From assembly GCF_000143415.4 (NCBI RefSeq), contig NW_003314475.1, positions 35,018 through 49,034 of the forward strand: a stretch of DNA of 14,017 nt, read 5' to 3'. The stretch comes from Selaginella moellendorffii (lineage: Eukaryota > Plantae > Lycopodiophyta). Positions 9,072-14,017 of this stretch are shown here, one piece after another. The notes under the pieces are model-generated. The model did not search any database and was not told the DNA's origin. It was given only the letters and a program-made list of their open reading frames with translations. The position numbers and the translations under genes are program-made. Position 1 is the first letter of the stretch. Every line of letters begins with the position of its first letter.

Positions 9072-9592
9072 TGCCAGAAGGGCCACCCCAGGAAGTGCTC
9101 AAGAGCAACTCCCACTCCCGAAAGGGGAACCGACTGCGGTGCTCCCGGCTCATGTGGAGTGGTGCCCCACTTGAGTACCTTGCGGCTCATTGGTCCTCGC
9201 CCTTCCTAGGGGCTTGGGACTTCTTTCAGGATGGAAGTGGGGGGGGTAGAGGTACCCATACCGAGCCGTTAGGCCACGGTGTTTTGCCCCGGCATCCCGA
9301 AGCAAGAGTTGCACCCAAGATTTGGGATTTAGAGGGTCCCATGATCAAGTCTTGTGGTACCAAGGGGTGTTAGGAACCTAGAGGCTTGGTGTGCTTGGCT
9401 GTTTGTGCCTGCGGGGAGTGTAGCCAAACCTTAAATCCAGTCTAACCCGGGGAGGGGGATTGGGAGAAATTTGGGAATCCGTGGATGGATGGCTAATGCT
9501 CCGTTGCTCGTGCAGTGAGTAGGTGAAACTAAGTAGGACCAAGTAGAAGTTGGTACCATAGGCGGGAACCTTGGTGAGGGAACTTAGCAAAA

Positions 9593-9738
9593 NNNNNNNN
9601 NNNNNNNNNNNNNNNNNNNNNNNNNNNNNNNNNNNNNNNNNNNNNNNNNNNNNNNNNNNNNNNNNNNNNNNNNNNNNNNNNNNNNNNNNNNNNNNNNNNN
9701 NNNNNNNNNNNNNNNNNNNNNNNNNNNNNNNNNNNNNN
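9593..9738. other. Assembly gap (146 N)
   Basis: Run of N. Confidence 1.
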
Positions 9739-10570
9739 GGAACACGGGATGCATCTGTAAGCGACTAAATTTTCCATTCTACTTTAGTCACTTAGCCACA
9801 CCTCCAACCACTTGGAGGAGTCTCAGTCACAACCTCCATAAGTCCTATTTCAGACTTGGGCTTGCTAGCCCCGAGAATGGCATCCCCGCCATTCAACCTT
9901 TGCACTTGATCCAAGTGCTCCACATGTCTGATCCCATGACCGACACCCCAAGGTACCACCGACATATCAGCCCGTTACGCTAAGGCCATGCCCCTTTACC
10001 TTGGTCACACCGGAAGTCTAACACCACCTGCATCACAGTCCCATCTCTTAAGGACTGGGCCATCCGTCCATGAGTGATCATTCCAGATCCACTCCTTAGC
10101 ATCCTTAGGATGCCCACAGACATGGGGAATAGCCTTCCCCAATATCCCTTTTCCGGTCTTCACCAAGGTATTCTTTTGGTTCTCTGGCAAAGCTCCAGTT
10201 TGCCAAGTCCAAAGGGTGCTCAACCCTAGTAGGTCTCTTTAGCAACTTCTGCTATGGGCCCCTTCCACGGCCCAACATTGTGACCCTCCCATAGGTCCTT
10301 TCTAGAGACTACTTTCTTGAACTCACAATACCATTGTATCGTCGTAATTCATTTCCCTTAGGTGTCCTTCCCACTTGGTCACCTTGATCAAGCCACACCA
10401 TTATCAATAGTTCAAATTAACGCTTTGAACTAGGAACCTTGTTCCTTAACCTCAAAAGGACCTCGTCTTTGTTTAGCCATACGATCACCTAGTGATCTAA
10501 TCTTGACACCTTAACAGGTTTGCCAATAGGTACTAAGTCTCCCCGACCTTTAACTTGTTGACCATGACCT

Positions 10571-10858
10571 CGGAGGCATCCCCCACACTTGGCGGTGTGC
10601 CCAAGCTAGCCCTTCTGGCTAAGGGTTCATAGCAACTGAGACTGGGTGTCCCCATCTCATTCACCACGTCCTTGGTGCCACTCGCACCAAAGTGTTCAAG
10701 TTAGATATGCCAAGCCACACTAAGCAATCTAACCGTGTATCACAACTCCGGAGCATCCCCCACTTGGCGGTGTGCCCAAGCCAGTCTCCTCACTGAGAGT
10801 CTATGACCACCGAAATATGAGTGTCTTCATATTCCAAATCATCACCACGCCCTAGTGA
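10571..10858. repeat. Diverged direct repeat, period ~177 bp
   Basis: gcatccccca(ca)cttggcggtgtgcccaagc at ~10576 and ~10753; both units continue to tcaccacg.cc..gtg. Confidence 0.7.
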
Positions 10859-10909
10859 TTTGGGACTCGAACCCAAGCACTAGAGGGTCGGGATTTGAAC
10901 CCAACCTCT
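10852..10909 (-). promoter_or_regulatory. Two tandem tRNA T-arm / Pol III B-box-like hairpins
   Basis: - strand TTGGG-TTCAAAT-CCCGA (10888-10904) and TTGGG-TTCGAGT-CCCAA (10860-10876), 28-bp spacing, each with an extended stem. Confidence 0.55.
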
Positions 10910-11279
10910 GTATATGCATCTACGGACAGCATCACACCGGATGCCTGGTGTGACTCCCCACGCCGGTGCACCAACTTATATTTAAAGCACGCTACAAATC
11001 ACAGCTTAGGAACCTAGTTCCTCTACACTGCCAAGTCCTCTTGCTTGACAAGTCTGTGATCATGCATGGACTCCTCCATGCTCGGCCCCATGGCCCACCC
11101 TTTCTAAAGTTATCACCTTCAACTAGGGCATTTCTTCCCCTGACTTGCCAATCTCGCTTGGTAAGTCCTCCGACCACTGTAACATTGTTCCTGCATAAGC
11201 GTGAAAGTCTTTGGCCATCGACTTTCATTCAAAGCCCTCTCTTTAAACACTCGGGAACTACTTCCCTAACCTTGATAGC

Positions 11280-11733
11280 TTTGCCTCATGGCAAGCTTCA
11301 AGACCATGCTTCTGCTGCGCCACTCTGATTTCGCGTGTTTCATGAACCATTTACACTTGGCCTTTCTAGGTACTAAACTACCTAGAATCGTCTTTGGGAA
11401 CGTTGAAGGAACTCTGTAACTTAGTTTGCTAAGGCCTCCCTTTTTGCAAGCTTTATAATTGCCATATAGTCTAATATGGACAATTCCATATTTTAGACTC
11501 TTCATGGCATCACGGTTGCTAGCAACAACATCCTCGAGCACCCTCTTGATTCTCCACTCCCAACTTGCATAACCACCGTTGGATATGCCCTTCGATTTCT
11601 ATGGTTCAGTTCCATCCCAATACTACTTGCTTTTTGGCCCCATATGTGTCCTTTGGTTATTCTCCTCCAAACTAGAAGGATAGCTTTGCACATTTTATTA
11701 TGCCTTAGCAAGTATTCTTAGGATGAACCTACC
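11280..11733 (-). pseudogene. Decayed gypsy-type aspartic protease region (host of the solo LTR)
   Basis: Frameshifted ILL(D)GG-like motif near 11665-11685. GGLSKLSYRV...FPKTILGSLVPRKAKCKW resembles the retropepsin C-terminal LLGRPWL..A...DW pattern. Confidence 0.45.
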
Positions 11734-12314
11734 CGATATGTAAGCCATAAATTTTTCCTTTCCAATTTGCTAGCTCACCTCGTCTATCCGTCCGACACTG
11801 CTTTGGCTTTTGCTGAGTTCCCTCGCCAAGGTTCTCGCCTATGGTACCAACTCCTACTTGGTCCTACTTGTTTTCAGCTACTCACTGCACGAGCAACGAA
11901 GCGTTAGCCATCCATCCACGGATTCCCAATCTCTCCCAATCCCCCTCCCCGGGTTAGACTGGACTTAAGGTTCGGCTACACTCCCCGCAAGCACAAGCAG
12001 CCAAGCACACCAAGCTTCCAGGTTCCTAACTTCCCTTGGTACCACAAGACTTGATCATGGGACCTTCTAAATCCCAAGTCTTGAGTGCAACACTTGCTTC
12101 GGGACGCCAGGGCGAAACACCGTGGCCTAGCAGCCCAGTATAGGTACTCCTACCCCCCCACTTCCATCCCGAAGGAAGGCCCAAGCCCCTAGGAAGGGCG
12201 AGGACCAATGAGCCGCAAGGTACTCAAGTGGGGCACCACTCCACATGAGCCGGGAGCACCGCAAATCGGTTTCCCTTTCGGGAGTGGGAGCTGCTCTTAA
12301 GCACTTCCTTGGAT

Positions 12315-12414
12315 NNNNNNNNNNNNNNNNNNNNNNNNNNNNNNNNNNNNNNNNNNNNNNNNNNNNNNNNNNNNNNNNNNNNNNNNNNNNNNNNNNNNNN
12401 NNNNNNNNNNNNNN
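12315..12414. other. Assembly gap (100 N, probably a placeholder length)
   Basis: Comparison with the copy at ~9060-9100 suggests only ~10 bp, plus possibly extra 22-bp units, are missing. Confidence 0.95.
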
Positions 12415-12627
12415 GGCCCCAACCAAGTCCATGTTCATTCCCACCCAAGGCCCCTGGGTCCCAGTCCCAACCTAAAGTCAGTTTGGGAGCCCCCCTGGAG
12501 AGTCCCTTTTAAAATGGTTCCTGGACCTCACTATCCCTATTATACTTTTGGAACCCCCTGAAGCCCCCCCCCCCCCCCCCCTGGGAGACGCACGCTTTGG
12601 GCTTTCACCCCTTGACCCGTATTAGTA

Positions 12628-12912
12628 TTTGGACTTAGTCTCTGGCTCGATCTCGGACCCGATTTCGGATCCGACTTCGGATTCGGTCTCAGACTCGATC
12701 TCGGACTCGATCTCGGACCCGATCTCGGACCCGACCTCAGACTCGACCTTGGACTCGGTCTCAGACCCGATTTCGGATCTCGGACTCCGTCTCGAACTCG
12801 GTCTCGAACTCGGACTCGAACTCGGTCCCCGAGTCGGTCTCGGACTCGATTCCGGACTCTATCTCGAACTCGGTCCTAGAGTCGGTCTTGGACTCGATCC
12901 TCGACTTGGTCC
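12628..12912 (-). repeat. Degenerate 6/12-bp tandem array in the solo LTR
   Basis: (GACTCG-ATCTCG)n, the rc of 8554-8840. Confidence 0.92.
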
Positions 12913-12999
12913 CATCCGATGAACTCTTTGTCATTTTGGTCATGCTTTCGAGGTTCCTTTAGCCTACGACACCTCGGCGAGTTGGTTCCTTACACGATA

Positions 13000-14017
13000 G
13001 CCTAGGGAGTGGTTCCTCATCTTGGGCATGCTCACCTTATAATCCCACACATTGGGATTAACGTTATTGCTTATGGGCCCTTACATGCCCATCACTAGCC
13101 TTGCCAAAATTCCATTTTTGGCTTTGTCCAATTCGGGTAAATAGTCTTCTCCTGTCTCCACAACCTTGGACATTTGGATAGCACTTACTATCCATCATTC
13201 GCTAGGGACTTAGTCCCTTGGGCCTTATCTATTGCCCTTGTGACACAAAACACCACCTCCTGGTGTTCTAGAGTGTTTGGGTGTCCCAATGATGGCCTCC
13301 TGACAATGAGCATTCCTGTTTACGACATTGACTTACTATATTGCAACATAAGCAATTTATCCCCCGTAAGGGTATATCTAACTTCTTTATGCCATTAAGA
13401 AGTCTTGGGTAGCTACCTTCTACCCATTTAACCAATTATCTTGCACCTCTTGCTTAGTTGCCCCATAGTTGTCAAGTCCTACAACTCATTGCTTGGTGCT
13501 TCCACACCTCCATCATTATCTGGGTCACCACACTTCAACCACATGCCTTCCAGCTTAGGCCATACCATTCCTGCTTTCGTTGGGATTCCCTTGGCAAGGG
13601 GTTCTTATGAACCCACTATCATAACCTCAAGGTATCACACCTTACCACATTTGGTGTCTTCGACACCATTGGCCCCACGAGCCTACCCTTATGACACTAC
13701 TTATTAGTGTCTAGGACTTTGCCAAGACCAATATAATTGTTCCTCATGCTAACTATCTGTTAGCACTGCACCATATTGTTTGCACCTAACTCTGGGCCAA
13801 AGTTGCTTTCTTCTGGGAACATCTTTCCCACAACTTTAATATGGCACTTTCTGCCATCAATGAGATACCTACTGTTTTCATACTTGGATCTTATGATCCT
13901 CCCCATACCTCATGGGGCACCATACACCTCGGTCCAAATGCTCCAACCAATCCCTTAGGACCATTACCTCACTCCGCTTGAGTCATCTAGCATTTTGGAC
14001 TTTGCTAATCCAACAAC
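13000..14017 (-). pseudogene. Probable decayed gag region, continuing the element interrupted by the solo LTR
   Basis: Zinc-knuckle-like remnants WLKCGDPD (~13520-13545) and WCRRHQMW (~13645-13670), and YLIDG (~13855-13870), on the - strand upstream of the protease remnant. Many stops. Confidence 0.4.

Larger units (their letters stand above)
8472..9592 (+). mobile_element. Family-B LTR in opposite orientation; far end lies in the N gap
   Basis: Starts TGTAAGGAACC, the rc of the solo LTR end GGTTCCTTACA (12994). Reverse-complement match to ~11808-12994. Confidence 0.9.
11739..12994 (-). mobile_element. Solo LTR, family B, with 5-bp TSD CGATA
   Basis: TGTAAG...CTTACA termini; CGATA at 11734-11738 and 12995-12999; no PBS or PPT on either flank. 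Confidence 0.93.

Noticed and set aside
10852-10960. tRNA gene
   Set aside because: Only T-arm-like hairpins are present; no D-arm, anticodon arm or acceptor stem in the correct geometry.
8472-12994. Single foldback/TIR DNA transposon with long TIRs
   Set aside because: The right arm is a self-contained solo LTR with its own 5-bp TSD (CGATA), and no TSD of 3 bp or more flanks the whole unit.

Overview
This window is eukaryotic (plant) intergenic DNA made almost entirely of nested LTR-retrotransposon sequence. I found no credible intact protein-coding gene. From left to right: (1) a Cassandra-type TRIM on the - strand, with a 5S rRNA-derived segment in its 194-bp LTR, apparently part of a tandem array; (2) an old LTR-like fragment; (3) a structurally complete Ty3/gypsy element ('A', 716-7318, - strand, TSD GTTAC, PBS-Met, PPT) whose LTRs are about 97% identical although gag-pol is decayed almost beyond recognition, and whose 3' LTR lacks 739 bp; (4) four copies or fragments of a second LTR family ('B'), including a solo LTR with TSD CGATA and an opposite-orientation copy that together form a ~1.1-kb inverted repeat; (5) a decayed gag/protease region interrupted by the solo LTR, next to a hairpin cluster with two tandem tRNA T-loop/B-box hairpins. 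The most notable unexplained signal is an invariant 16-mer, GGGTGAAAGCCCAAAG, found 5 times. It sits in a ~90-bp module shared by otherwise unrelated LTR families. Two N gaps limit interpretation. The host is probably a vascular plant, possibly a fern (inference only). All alignments and counts were done by eye.
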